DNA of 63,867 nucleotides, the filler included, from Choristocarpus tenellus KU-1152 (lineage: Eukaryota > Protista > Phaeophyceae), in the NCBI GenBank assembly GCA_964200185.2. It is 10 parts of 10 records of this genome, joined end to end, with 100 filler letters (N's around TTAATTAATTAA, not from the genome) between each part and the next. Parts side by side here need not be neighbours in the genome. Positions count along the whole stretch, not along the records: positions 1 to 25,773 come from CAXNAD020000177.1; 9 more parts are not named here. One strand, given 5' to 3'. Under the pieces are notes generated by a model, which was not told the DNA's origin, made no database searches, and worked only from the letters and a program-made list of their open reading frames with translations. Below, piece by piece: positions 1-12,000 of this stretch. Made by a program: the position numbers and the translations under genes. Position 1 is the first letter of the stretch; every line of letters starts with the position of its first letter.

Positions 1-1866
1 GGTCTGGGGCAATGGACGGGTGAGGTAGGTCTGGTGTATTGTGCTAGCTTCCTTCTTTCGTGTCCTGTCCCCTGGAGTCAACATTCCTCTCTCTCTGATG
101 ATTCGTGCACTCAATTTTTTTTACTGGGTGACTGCAGCGGCTGTGGTTGTGAAAATTTGTTTCTGTTGGGTTGGGTTGGGTTGGTTCCACGTGTTCCTAG
201 AAATAAAAGCCAGCCAGGATACTGTTTCATGTATGGTTGTGGTTGGGCGAGCAGCGTGCCTGCAGGTAGTATAGATCTATCCCTAATGATAAGCTAGAGA
301 TACCAATAATACAATGGAGGAAGGAATGGATTCATTATCTACTCTTTGATTTGGTTGTGAAAGAGAGAGATATGGAGAGATATTAGCAAGGTAATACATA
401 CATAATACCGCTGGTACTGCTGCTTTGAGGTCTTCCTCCACTGACTCGCGGTCGTTGGAACTTTTTTTTTCTGTGGACAGGTGGGTTTTGTGATTGTTGG
501 AAAGCCAATCGAACAATAGAACATGCCTGTCAACCACTTCACACACCATGCTTCTTACGTGTATTCAAGGTCTATCACTCTCACAGTAGCGCAGCAGTCA
601 AACGTTGTTTTGGCATTCTAGAAGGATGTAGGTCGTTGTGTTGTTCCTACATCTAGCGAAGAGAAATCGCACATGAGCGATTTCTTGGGCAGGGGTGGTG
701 GTTGATTGAATTCAACTGACTTTTCTTGTGAAGTTATTTCATCAATATGTGTACGGACTGAATGAGAAACCACCATCAAAAAGTCAGAACATGTGTAGTG
801 TAGTGTAGAGACTAGCAGAGTACAATGTACTGTGGCAGAGCAGTTACTGATTTGACTTTTATTTTTTTTATTTTAATGTGAAAGGTGTTCGGTCCAATCA
901 AAAAATGGACCCCAACCGAGTCTTTCGGTTCACACAAATGGAACCAAAACTTGAACTACTGCTTCTGCCAAGAAATGTATCAAGCATTAATTACACCTCC
1001 AACAGACAAGAGCTATTATTGCAGTCGGGAGCATGAAGTGACTACCTCCACCTGTAACGGACAGGGTCTTGCATGAGGGATCATGATTTTTTTTTTCTCA
1101 CAGTGTGTTTGTTATGATACGTGCTGTGTTGTAGGATGTGTGGATCCATTCATGTGAAAAAATTATGATGTGAAAACTATGATGCTGTCCATACACAGGT
1201 TGCCACGGGCAGAGGTGCTGTGGTCAGAAGAACATACTAGAGAGCACCACACCCAAACAGATTAATCTATCTGGATCAACCCACTTTCAGAGCGGTGGTA
1301 CTTGAATTACATGGAGGCAACTGAGGAAATGAGTCACGATACAATACTTTATGCAGAATGAACAGTAAGGTGTGCATCAGACTCCTCTCATGTTCTGAAG
1401 GTTACTAAGACCCTCTGGCCCTGGGGTATGAATGAAGAAATACCAAGTAATACCATTCATCAGGCATATGTGGACATGTGATCTTATTCTCAAATAAAAC
1501 TTAAAGGTTGGAAGGATCACATAGCACCAAAAGATACCCTATTTGCAGCCCATATTGCCTCCAATAGATGAGAAGAAATGTAACTAGTGCACAAGCTTGG
1601 GTCGGTGACCTACACGGCTATATTTTCCTAGCTTACATTTGAAGAGTTATCTGAGAAAGCCTCCTCTATATAGTGAGGATATTCTAAAGACCTCTTTGGT
1701 CCAAACCATTAGTCCCCCAACTAATGCCAACACCATGATCAACTAAAAATAACTCAGAGGCAAGAATCACCTGCAGGGAGAGCACCAACACACCCAACAG
1801 CAAACAGAAGGAGGTTGCACCTAGTGGCGATAGCTTGGAGGTGCCTAGAATATGTTCTGTTCACTA

Positions 1867-2973
1867 CTATTCCACAGGTTTGGCCCGAGGTTCCACACCT
1901 CCGGCTGTCCTTTCCTTGGCTTTCGCCACCAACAAACTCAATTTGCCCTTTTCTGCCAGGATTTTCATTAAATTGACAGCAAAGGGTACGTAGTTGTGCT
2001 TCCGTCGTACATTCTCAACCTTCCATGCAGAAAATTTGACCTCTTCCTCTCGGACCGTGGCATCGCATTCCTCCACCTCTGCAACCTCTGCTGCCCTTTG
2101 AGCTTCCAAATCCTCCACACTTTCAGCCAGCACAAAGGAAGAGCCCAACAACGCCTTATCCACGTCCTTCCCCTGTGCCTCACTGCCCCCACTGCCTCGT
2201 GCCACAGAAAGAGCAGCATCAATGGCTTCAGTACGCCTTATGTGCATGTCCTTGTTCTCTATGGCTGCCAGTTTCCGGTTCCTTACGATAGCCATCAGAT
2301 TGAAACGGATCTCACTTGACGAGTAACGTGCGATCCGCTCTTGAATTGCTGGAGTTGCCACATCAAGCCAATTTGTAGCCCCAAACCCTCCCTCGTCGCC
2401 CTCTTGCTCCATCTCCCCTAGTACGATGGGCCCAGGCCTTAACCCATCCAGCTCGTAGACCTTTCCGCCATGAGGAAGGTAAGCAATGAAATGGAAGGCG
2501 TCCTTGTCCTTGCCGGCATACTCCCTCTCATCGGGCAGAAAGGCTTCCTGGCGCGCGAAACTGTTGTGGGCCGCACGTACCTTCTCATCATTGCTGATCG
2601 CAAGCCCCTTCATGTCTGGGGTGAAAAGACTTGTAAAGTTTTTCAATGATTCAAGCGTATCTCCCAACTCTACCTTGTCAGAAGAGTTCAACAGGACACT
2701 AAGGATGGCCTGGGTAGCGCAGGCGTTTGGGATGACTTGCTGCGCAAAGAAAAGGTTAGGATGATCATTTGCCTCCGCGGGAGTCCGCTTGTTGTCGACC
2801 TCCCCGGTCCATTTGAACAGAAAGACGAGGCCATAGATGGGCTGCAAACGGGCAAAGCTCGCTTCATCAAGACTGTATAGTTCCTCAACCTGAACACCCC
2901 TGACGCCAATACTTTCGATCAGCTCAGTGAATACTCCAGGATCCGATTCGATTGTGCACCATGTGTCCGCCAT
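1867..2973 (-). CDS. UCHL5: Ubiquitin C-terminal hydrolase L5 / UCH37 (peptidase C12 plus C-terminal ULD), single exon, 368 aa
   Basis: N-terminus WCTIESDPGVFTEL; catalytic motifs QVIPNACATQA (Gln/Cys), FHFIAY (His) and YELDGL (Asp); EIRFNLMAI; ULD motif ENVRRKHNY.PF...L.K.LAEKGKL. Uninterrupted ORF from ATG to stop. Confidence 0.96.
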   Translation of the reverse strand: MADTWCTIESDPGVFTELIESIGVRGVQVEELYSLDEASFARLQPIYGLVFLFKWTGEVDNKRTPAEANDHPNLFFAQQVIPNACATQAILSVLLNSSDKVELGDTLESLKNFTSLFTPDMKGLAISNDEKVRAAHNSFARQEAFLPDEREYAGKDKDAFHFIAYLPHGGKVYELDGLRPGPIVLGEMEQEGDEGGFGATNWLDVATPAIQERIARYSSSEIRFNLMAIVRNRKLAAIENKDMHIRRTEAIDAALSVARGSGGSEAQGKDVDKALLGSSFVLAESVEDLEAQRAAEVAEVEECDATVREEEVKFSAWKVENVRRKHNYVPFAVNLMKILAEKGKLSLLVAKAKERTAGGVEPRAKPVE

Positions 2974-3063
2974 CAGTACTTATTAGGAGTCTGGTCTTGT
3001 CATGAGTACCAATAGGATAGTGGTAGGTAGTACCAGACTAGTTGTGTCCACAAATAGTATCAA

Positions 3064-3202
3064 AGAGCTCTAGAGCCATACTGGGTTTAAGTATCTTCCT
3101 ATTATTCTATTATGTAGTAGTTTATAGAGAGAGCTCTAGAGCTATAGCAGGTTTAAGTATCTTCCTATTATTCTACTATGTAGTAGTTTATAGAGCTCTA
3201 GA
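3064..3202. repeat. Tandem duplication, 66-bp unit, ~2.1 copies, just upstream of UCHL5
   Basis: agagctctagagc...ggtttaagtatcttcctattattcta(t/c)tatgtagtagtttatag occurs twice, followed by a third agagctctagag. Confidence 0.9.
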
Positions 3203-4489
3203 GATCTTGACCATCACCTCTCCTAAACCAAAAAGTTGTGATGAACGATATGATGTATATATATGTAGTCACCAACTGTGCCACCCCTCTTGGGAACGAA
3301 CAAATCTGCTCTAGACCTACCGACAACGTTGCCGAGAATTAAATAGCCATGACTTGCCTCCGATGAGAAGTTCTTACCCTCAGCAGAGGACGGGAAATGA
3401 CGTGACAAGGTGAACCTAGTTTAACTGAAAGGCATTTTTTACAATGTACCAAACGAAAGGGATTGGTCTTCTCACGTCTCGACATAAAACGGCATCCAAC
3501 TTCAGAGTCTGTGTAGTTGTACAGCAATCATGGAACATACTATTGAATAGCGATCCCGATGATGTGCTAGACCTGGGAGGAATCGAAGTTAACAGGTATA
3601 GCAGCAACCTTGGTGTGCAAGAGTTAGAGTAAAACGAGAGAGCGAAACCAGTGGGAGGGCTACTTATGTGAGTGAGAGGATGACGCCAGTTGTTTAGATG
3701 GTGTTGCAGGCACCGCAGTAGCATTGCAGACGTCACAGTAGCAATTCCCAAAATGATCATCAGTTACTTCCTCTGGATTGCAACCCAAGATTTTTGGTTG
3801 GGCGGGTCGGGGAACAGTCTACATATAATGTCTGGTGGTGATACACAGATTTAAGGTTGAATTCCCAGCTTTCAAACAAGCCTCATCTCAACTTCTGGGT
3901 GTTTGGGATTCTCGACGATAGTTGGAGATAGAGCTCTTTGTCGCAGGGTGTGAAAATCAGACCTGAAACTTTAAAACCGTTTAGTAACATTTTGTTTCCT
4001 ACCTGCTCAGGAGCGAAATTGCAAGGCACCAGAATTTCAAATTCTTGAGGTCGGTTATACCAACTGATACAAGACTTGGCATGATGGGAAAGGCGAATGA
4101 CTTCCCTCCTCAAAATTGGGCACCTGCCTTCGGAGACTACTATTGACTGCGCAAGGTCTTTGGCAAGGTCCAGTGAGATGCCCAAGCACATATCGCACTG
4201 AAATAAGGAATGGCCGCAACGATATTGGATCGGTAGGTTAAGGGTGACATCACAGCGCCTGCATGATGGACAGGACTTGAGAGTAGCCTCTAGTCGCAAG
4301 GGACGCCCAAGAACATTTCCGCAGGAGGAGACAGCAGGAGGAGATTGATTCGATTAAAGGAGTGAAAATGCTCATACGGACTTGTGAGAGAAGTGGTGCA
4401 CAGACCAATTGTCACCAAACAGAACATAAGGAGGTATATATCAAGGACACAAGACCCAAACTATATGGAAGAGTGATGAAGCAAGATCG

Positions 4490-4830
4490 ATAGGGTGGCC
4501 TTCGTTTTGGGCATCTTGAAATGGCCCACAGGACACGTGTTTGGCCCCATCTCTAACCAAGTCTACCTGGAAGGAAAGTGGTTTGACTTGGATTCCTACG
4601 AGAAAAGGGTTGCCTCAAGCCCAGAGAGGCACCACCTGGGTGTCCTCGTGCCATAAGCACGCCGCACGTGCCAAAGGTTATGTTCTTGCTGCAAATGCTT
4701 GCCCTCGTGTTTGGGAGGATGGAACTAAGTGGGACGGGAAGATCAGCATTCGGTTCCTGATAGAGGAAGTTGAGGCAATACGATCATCTTGTAATTGTCG
4801 CCGAGGCACCATGGTGGTCTCTACGAGGAT
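4490..4830 (+). mobile_element. Degenerate Tc1/mariner transposase fragment, DD39D (plant/oomycete mariner-like) type
   Basis: Frameshifted translation gives QVYLEGKWFDL (cf. VHIDEKWFY), then KVMF/LAANACPRVWEDGTKWDGKISIRFLIEEVEAIRSSCNCRRGTMV (cf. KVMFLAAVARPR..WDGKIGIWPFVE...AKRSS.NR..GTM). Confidence 0.8.
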
Positions 4831-5863
4831 ATCCTCAACAAGGAAGAGGATCACAGAGAATAGTGCATTTAGATGGGTCCTTTGTGGCAAAGGGTAGGGC
4901 GCTCCTGCATACTCCAAGGAAGAACCTAGAGCTTGGGGTGTACTGATTCAACTTCCATCAAATTTTGAACAGAGCTTACTGACGATGTATACAAACATAT
5001 CATCTATCCTCAGGTCTTCATTGGTATAAGATGTGACATCAAACTACTGAAGGAGAGAGTGGAACGACGTGGATGGAGCGAATAGAAAAGGTAGGAAAGG
5101 TGGGGCATCAAATACCCCACACAGATGGACGAAATTACACGCAGTCGGCCCATGTGTGATGTCGGACGAAAAGAAGAGAGCCTGCACTTTGTGCCCTTGA
5201 CGTTGACATTTCAATGTTTATTTATCATGATTAAGGAATCGCTTTCAATTCGAAATTGGAAGAGAGATCAAGAAACTTGAGACACGATTAGGGAAGTGCC
5301 TAGCAGGGGTAGTCGTGGAGATGTTGCCAGGGATATAGCAATACGAGACCAGGCATGGGTGTAACTTGGTTGTGTTGGGTGCTGAGACAGCAAAGTAATA
5401 TTTTCGCAGAATGCAGGACATCATGTAATTATGTCTTCTTGGCTGATACTACGTACTCCAGTACTACTCTGGACTACCTAGAAGTATGATAGAATTAGGA
5501 CGTAGGACGCCACTTCAGAAAACTGACCACATAATAGAAGTGTATGGTAAAGAGTGGGATACAAGAGTATGTGCGAGATTATTGGAGCTTTAAGGAGTCA
5601 AACAGATTTGTAGAGAGAGTTGATATGTCTGAGTACTACTGAATACTTCTGTCACGACATTACATGGGATGGTTGTCCAATGCCCTACCAACTTGAAGGT
5701 TGAAGGATGAACAAAGAGAAATGACGACAAGATCTAAGAAACATTTTCTGTGGACCAAGTTGGACATGAAAGGCGTTACACTCAAGAAACACGGCTTCCT
5801 TGTGATCGACCAACCCCTCCACGAATGTAGCTAACGTCCTCAGACCTCATCATCCTTTACAAT

Positions 5864-6058
5864 ATGTTTTTTCTCGATATAGCATACACCTCATGGTTGT
5901 CGGTTGCCATCGGCTTGGGTTTTGTTGTATCACCCGTCAATCCCAATAACGTTGGAGTTGAGTCGAGAGTCCACATCAACCACCTTGACGGGGCGGATGA
6001 TGACCACCTCACCCTGGACAAGCTCGAAGGCATGTGGAGGACGAGCCTCGTACTACAG
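5864..6058 (+). CDS. S8 protease exon 1 (signal-peptide-like N-terminus)
   Basis: ATG at 5864, hydrophobic WLSVAIGLGFVV, donor CAG|GTAATA, phase 0. Confidence 0.65.
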
Positions 6059-9000
6059 GTAATAACAGATCGTAGTCAAGAGTATCTACTCGTGTATCCA
6101 ACATAACTTCCAGTAGAGCCGAGCTTGGACAATTTCCCTTAACGTATCTATGATATATTTAGCTTAGCTCACCTCTCCTCATTCCGATCTACCCCCTTTG
6201 GCATGTCGTACCACGCCTTTACGGGTAGCTTGATCGCTCCTCTTTGGGTAGAGAACAGGCCTTCCAAGTGACATTGGACTTTGAGCGGCAGACTCTTGCG
6301 GCCTCCATATCCATCGATGAGGAAGACTCCATTCATAGTGGATACGACCTTGATGCTGTGCAACCTTGCTCTCCATACCTGGTGTGCACAAAGAGGCACC
6401 CAGATGCCGTGCAAGCAGTAGAAGATGCTGTTGAACGTGCCCGTACACAGTTAACATACTCCAAGGGTAATACTTCGTGCCTGTTGGCTGGCCTTCGTCC
6501 CGCCGATCTGACTTTCCTTGGGACCCTTAAGGATCTTCTCTTTGTCGATCCCCTGCCACACACCGCCAAGCTCGCCACCAGCTTGCATGCAGAACTCAAG
6601 GAGATCAGCTCCAAGGCAACACCCCTGTCTTCGGAGAATGAAGGACAAGGCGAGAAAGAAAACGCAGAAATGAACCAGGACAGGAAGAAAAATGAGGGAC
6701 ATGTTGATGTCGCACCAACGACAAAGGAGGGTGCGCGTTTTAGGGCAAATGGAAGAACCGCAACGGAAACAGCAACAACGGCATTCCAATACATCAATTT
6801 CAACCATGGAGAGGTCCTGCCAGATGGCCTGGAGGTTTCACTTACCCCTGGTGCATGGAGTACAGAGGCAGCAGCCAAATGGAGTACCCACTTGAAATCA
6901 TTTGACTCGGTGAGATGCCTGTGGGACCAACACATTCGTGAGCGGTTCCTGTGGACCCACTCCAAACACTCCAGGACGATGGATAGCAAGCACAGCCTTA
7001 GTGACGTGACACAACTATGGAAATATGTGGCATGGAGCAGCAGTCAAGAAGGGACATGCGATCTGGGTCGCTTACATGTAGACGTTCAGAATGAGGACAG
7101 CACCACAAGTACAGGTAGGAATTGGGGCAGGAGAAATGGTCGCCACCACGAGACCAGGGGCATTGAGGAGGGCAGCAGAGCAGTGCTAAGGGGAGTAGGG
7201 ACCCTCGGAGAGACATCTGCTGATCACTCCCACTGCTTAATGACGCTAGTAGCATATCTTTCCACCAGGGCGGAGGTGGCATACATAGATGACCTGCCAC
7301 CCGTGAGGTCTGCCAACACAGAAGCATCATGGATTATTCAGAGCGGAAGTGAGAGCACATTCCCTGTGTGGGACGAGGACATCCAAGGGCAGACCGAGGT
7401 GTGAGTCTAACAAATCACTGAGGGCTCATGTTTGGTCTCAACTCAGTCAACGTGACAATTAGGTTGATTTTTTATCCCCACTAGGATGGATAAATGGAAC
7501 CAGGAAGATATCTTATTTTCTTGTTCAATTTTATGCTCTCTCTGTCCCTTAAGTCTGTTCCTTTGTGCACGCAACTCTTTGGGGTGACCTCCAATTTCAA
7601 GACGGATTTTTGCATTGGATTCCTTGACGTTTTTTGCATTAGCAAACCTTTCCTCGCTTTCACTCAACGCCGTCAATCCACCGATTCAGTGCCTTCTTGT
7701 GGGCCTATGCCCGCCTAACCTCTGTTCCATATATTCAGAACCATTTTGGTATATATATATTTCAAATATAGCTCATTTTATGTACAATTTTCCGAGGAAT
7801 CCAAAGCAAAAATTCGTTTTGAAATCGGAGTTAATCCCGAAGAGTTACATGCATAATGGAACAGACTTATGGGACAGGGGGAGTATATGAATTGCATGGG
7901 CTACCTAATTTTGGAAACTTTTTTTCACTGTGCTATTTTGGTTTTGGATAGAGGGAGAAAGAGCCAACCTCAGCACTACTGCAATTCAAAGTATCTGGGG
8001 GGGGGGAGCGGGGGGTCTACCCCAGTATCCATTTGGGCCAAAATCAGGAAAAGTGCATTTGCACTATCCATCCAACGTATGCAAGCAAATCACCCAAAAA
8101 TCGCGTAGTGAAAAAATTGACTCCAAATGGACAGTCGCCAACCCCCCCCCAGATACTTTGAGCCTGCCATCTTACCTAACAAGATTGTTGCCTGAGGTTT
8201 CAAATTGCTGAGTAGGGAATTGATGTCTGAGTGAAAGTATCTTAGAGGGTACGAGTTTTGCCCTGTTTATCCGTTTGGGGCTTGGCTTCCCACCGGGTTT
8301 TTTTATGACATTTCACCTACTCCGAACTGTTTCGGAGTAGGTGAAATGTGTATGTTGTGAAAAGCTGTGTCCAGAATAAGGACATTGACACTTCCTATCA
8401 AACACGATAGCCAAAATTACATCAAAATCGGAACATTGAACTTTGACCCTCAAATGGACATGGCTCTACCCTCTAAGATACTTTGACTGTCTCTCCACAA
8501 TATAACTTAAGTTTGCATGTGAATCATCGGCATTTTATAGTACAAACATAGGGGATGCTCTTAATGAAAAGAAATATGGGTACATATGTGTTTTGATAGT
8601 GTGCAGTAATCTCCCTAAATCTTCCTTGAGGTTGTCATCAAAGCAATAAACCTTTTTTTACACACATTGCCAAACCTCAAGACATCACAAATGAGAAAAA
8701 GAGAGAGAGAGAGAGAGAGAGTGTGTGTGTGTGTGTGTGCCCATCCATCATCCAGTCGAGTTATTCTTGCAAAACTTCTTCTAAGTCCCCTTTAAATATG
8801 GACAGCACGCTTGTCTCGCAACATGGCAATCCTCTCTCTCTCTGGTCACTACAAATATTTCGTTTTCATTATTTTTATCACCAATCGGATGCTTTTTGCC
8901 CTTGCCGGGAATTGGCAGATAGTGGCAGTGGCTGACTCTGGGTTGGACAGGAATTCATGCTACTTTAGGGAGGATGATGGCGATAATATTGCCTGCTCTA

Positions 9001-12000
9001 CCTACACCAGTCCTGTGTGTGACATCACCAAGCGAAAGGTAGCTCAGCTGCCTCTGTATTGGTTTCTTAGTCCTTTTCTAGGCTTCTAGAGTTTGGAGGT
9101 AGTGACTTAGAGATATACAATTGTCATGGTCCAATGACTAACTGTGGTAAGAATGTCAGCAGGAAGGTATGAGGAGTGGAGGAAAAGTAACAAGGGGTGT
9201 GTGTACGCATCAAGTTGGGGTGATGAAGAGCTTGGGTGTGACTATTGCAACAACAGTCATCGTCTGAACACAATTATAAACAGTTTACCCATGCAGAGAT
9301 TGATAGGATAGGGTGCATGGCGGGGGGGGGAGGGGGGGGGTCTACACCAGCGTCCATTTGGGCCAAAATCAGGAAAAATGCATTTACACTATCCATCCGA
9401 CATATGCAAGCAAATCAACCAAAAATCGCGACATGAAAAAACTGACTCCAAATGGACAGCCGCCAACCCCCCCCCCGATACTTTGAGCCATGCTTTTTCC
9501 TAATCTATGCAAAGATCAAAGAAAAGGAAAAGGAAGGTTGAGGAGGTAGGGAACATGATACAAAGCATGTCAATTAGACCATACTCGATCGATTGGTATG
9601 TAATGACCTATTTTTCGTATTGAGCCATCTAAATTAGTACCACGTAGGGTTGAGACTGCACCCCGCCTTACCTCCTGAATCTCTTTTCATGACTCTATCC
9701 ATGAGAAGAAACACATCCGTCCTCCACTCTTGGCCATTCACCACACCTCATTATCCAGCCCATATGCTTTTACAATTACTGCACTACTACAATAATTTCT
9801 TGCCTGTTCTCACAGGTCGTCCAGTATGTTGGGTATGTGGACTGCGAGGACTACCAGGATGGACACGGCACTCATGTCAGTGGCACTGTGGCTGGAGCAA
9901 TGAGCGGAACCAGCTCTGGGGAGCACCTTGGCGACGGGGTGAATGAGCCTTCCCTTTTCTCACGTTGCCCCCGAGGAATTTTGAAAAGTAGATTGAGGTT
10001 AAAATAGATATTGCGCGCATCGCATTGGTCACATTGTGACATACAAGTCATCTCATTAGTGGAAACATTGATGGGTTCGTGCAATGCCCCCTACCTACCC
10101 CCTAAATCTTATTTCTGCTCCTATAACTGTTCATAAGACTCTTTCCATTCAAATATTGACTCAAGATGAGCCTGTTGCCTACCCTGAACACAACACCTGC
10201 ATGATCATGAATGGCATTTGTCTCAGGTTGCCCTTACAGCAACAACTCTGCCTACCCCCAAGTTCTTACTTGTAGTATCCTTCACATTGCCAGTTCTGAG
10301 AAGATTGACTGGAGAAGTTGTTCTTCACATGACATGTGCACCCAAGCGATCTGAGTTAGATGATAATTCCTTCCAGCTTTAAAAGGAGCTTGATGTTGAA
10401 ACTTAATGAACCCAAGGACAGAAAATCATACAAGCAATATTGCCTCTTTCATCATACGGGGTGTGGGCTCGAGTCAGGGTTAGGGTTACTAGAGAATTGT
10501 GTATCCGGAATCATACTCACCTAATCATGAGAAACTCTCCTCGAACATCGATTTTTTTATTGCTAATTGTCACATCCACTTCAGAGGAAAGGTGTTTGGC
10601 CCAAACTATCTGGGGGGGGCGGGGCGGTCTACACCATGGTGTCCATTTGGGCCAAAACCAGGAAAAGTGCACTTGCATTATCCATTCGACGTATGCAACC
10701 AAATCACTCAAAAATCGCGACATGAAAAAATTTCCCCCAAATGGACAGCAGCCACCCCCTCCCCCCCCCAGATACTTTGAACCTTTGAATTGCTTAACCT
10801 CTCAGAGGTATTTATCATTACCATAATGGTAACTATACTTACATACGGCATCCTCAATATTCCAAGTCATGCAAATATTCGCTCTCTGAAACACACCTTC
10901 CTTCCTCCAGGTGGGATTCCATTCCAAGATTGCCATATTTGACTTCGGGAACTCCAAAGGGGAACTAACAACACCCAGTAACATCAAAGTTAGTACCTCC
11001 CGTTTTATTGTTGTTACTCTGAAATGGAGGCTAGTGCATGCCCTGGGCGGTGCTGAGTGAATGGAGAAGGAGCTATGAAGATTAGGCTTGCAGACTCCAA
11101 CTAACCCCTTAGCTTGACACAATGTATAGAGACAAAAAACGGGTTCCTTCTTAGTTACAAATTTGAATTTGCAAACCCGATCGCAATCCTGCCATGTGGG
11201 TACCGTAAGCAGGTCACCAATTAGCCCTCACACCAAACCCCCATAAAACTGTCATCCTATTCCGATCATCGCCTGCTTTCTTTGTGGAGGCCAGGTTTCT
11301 GTCAAAGACCTGGCCCTTTGATGCCCCTTTGATGCCCCATTCCCCTTCCCCCAACACTCGACTTCTTGTAACATGCACCCCCCTTGGTCGCGTACATCCA
11401 CGAAATAGACCCAGATGCTGGACCCCCCGTATGCAATTGGAGCAAGAATTAGCACCAACAGCTGGGGCGCAATTCGCACATACTACACCTCATTGGACAG
11501 GCAGCTAGACGACTTTGCCTACAACAATGATGACATGCTCATCCTTGTTGCGGCAGGAAATTGCGGGGACTCCAGCAGTGGCTGCTCCCATGGAGGCCAG
11601 GCAATCAACGGAGCAGGGTCTGTACTGTCCCCTGCCCTGGCCAAGAACGTTGTTGGTGTTGGGGCCAGTGAGTCCGCTCCGAGTTCTGCTGGCCTTTCTG
11701 ATAATGTCAATGAGGTAAGGTGACTGACTGATGATAGGGCTTGTTATTGATTTCTAAGTTTGACCGTTTAACCCCTCCTGAGTACTCTCCATATCTGACA
11801 CACGAAATATTCGCCTCAGATAATGTATGGTTTATTAAGATTCTCATGTTATCCAATTTGAAAGAGTCAAAGTATCTTAGAAGGTAGAGCCATATCCATT
11901 TGGGGGCAAAAATCCAAAGTTGCGATTTTGATGCAATTTTGGCTATCGTTTTTGTTAGGAAGGGTCAATATCCTCGTTCCGGACGCATGTTTCCATAACG

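Noticed and set aside
6333-6989. 218-aa minus-strand ORF
   Set aside because: Antisense shadow of protease exon 2, with no motifs.
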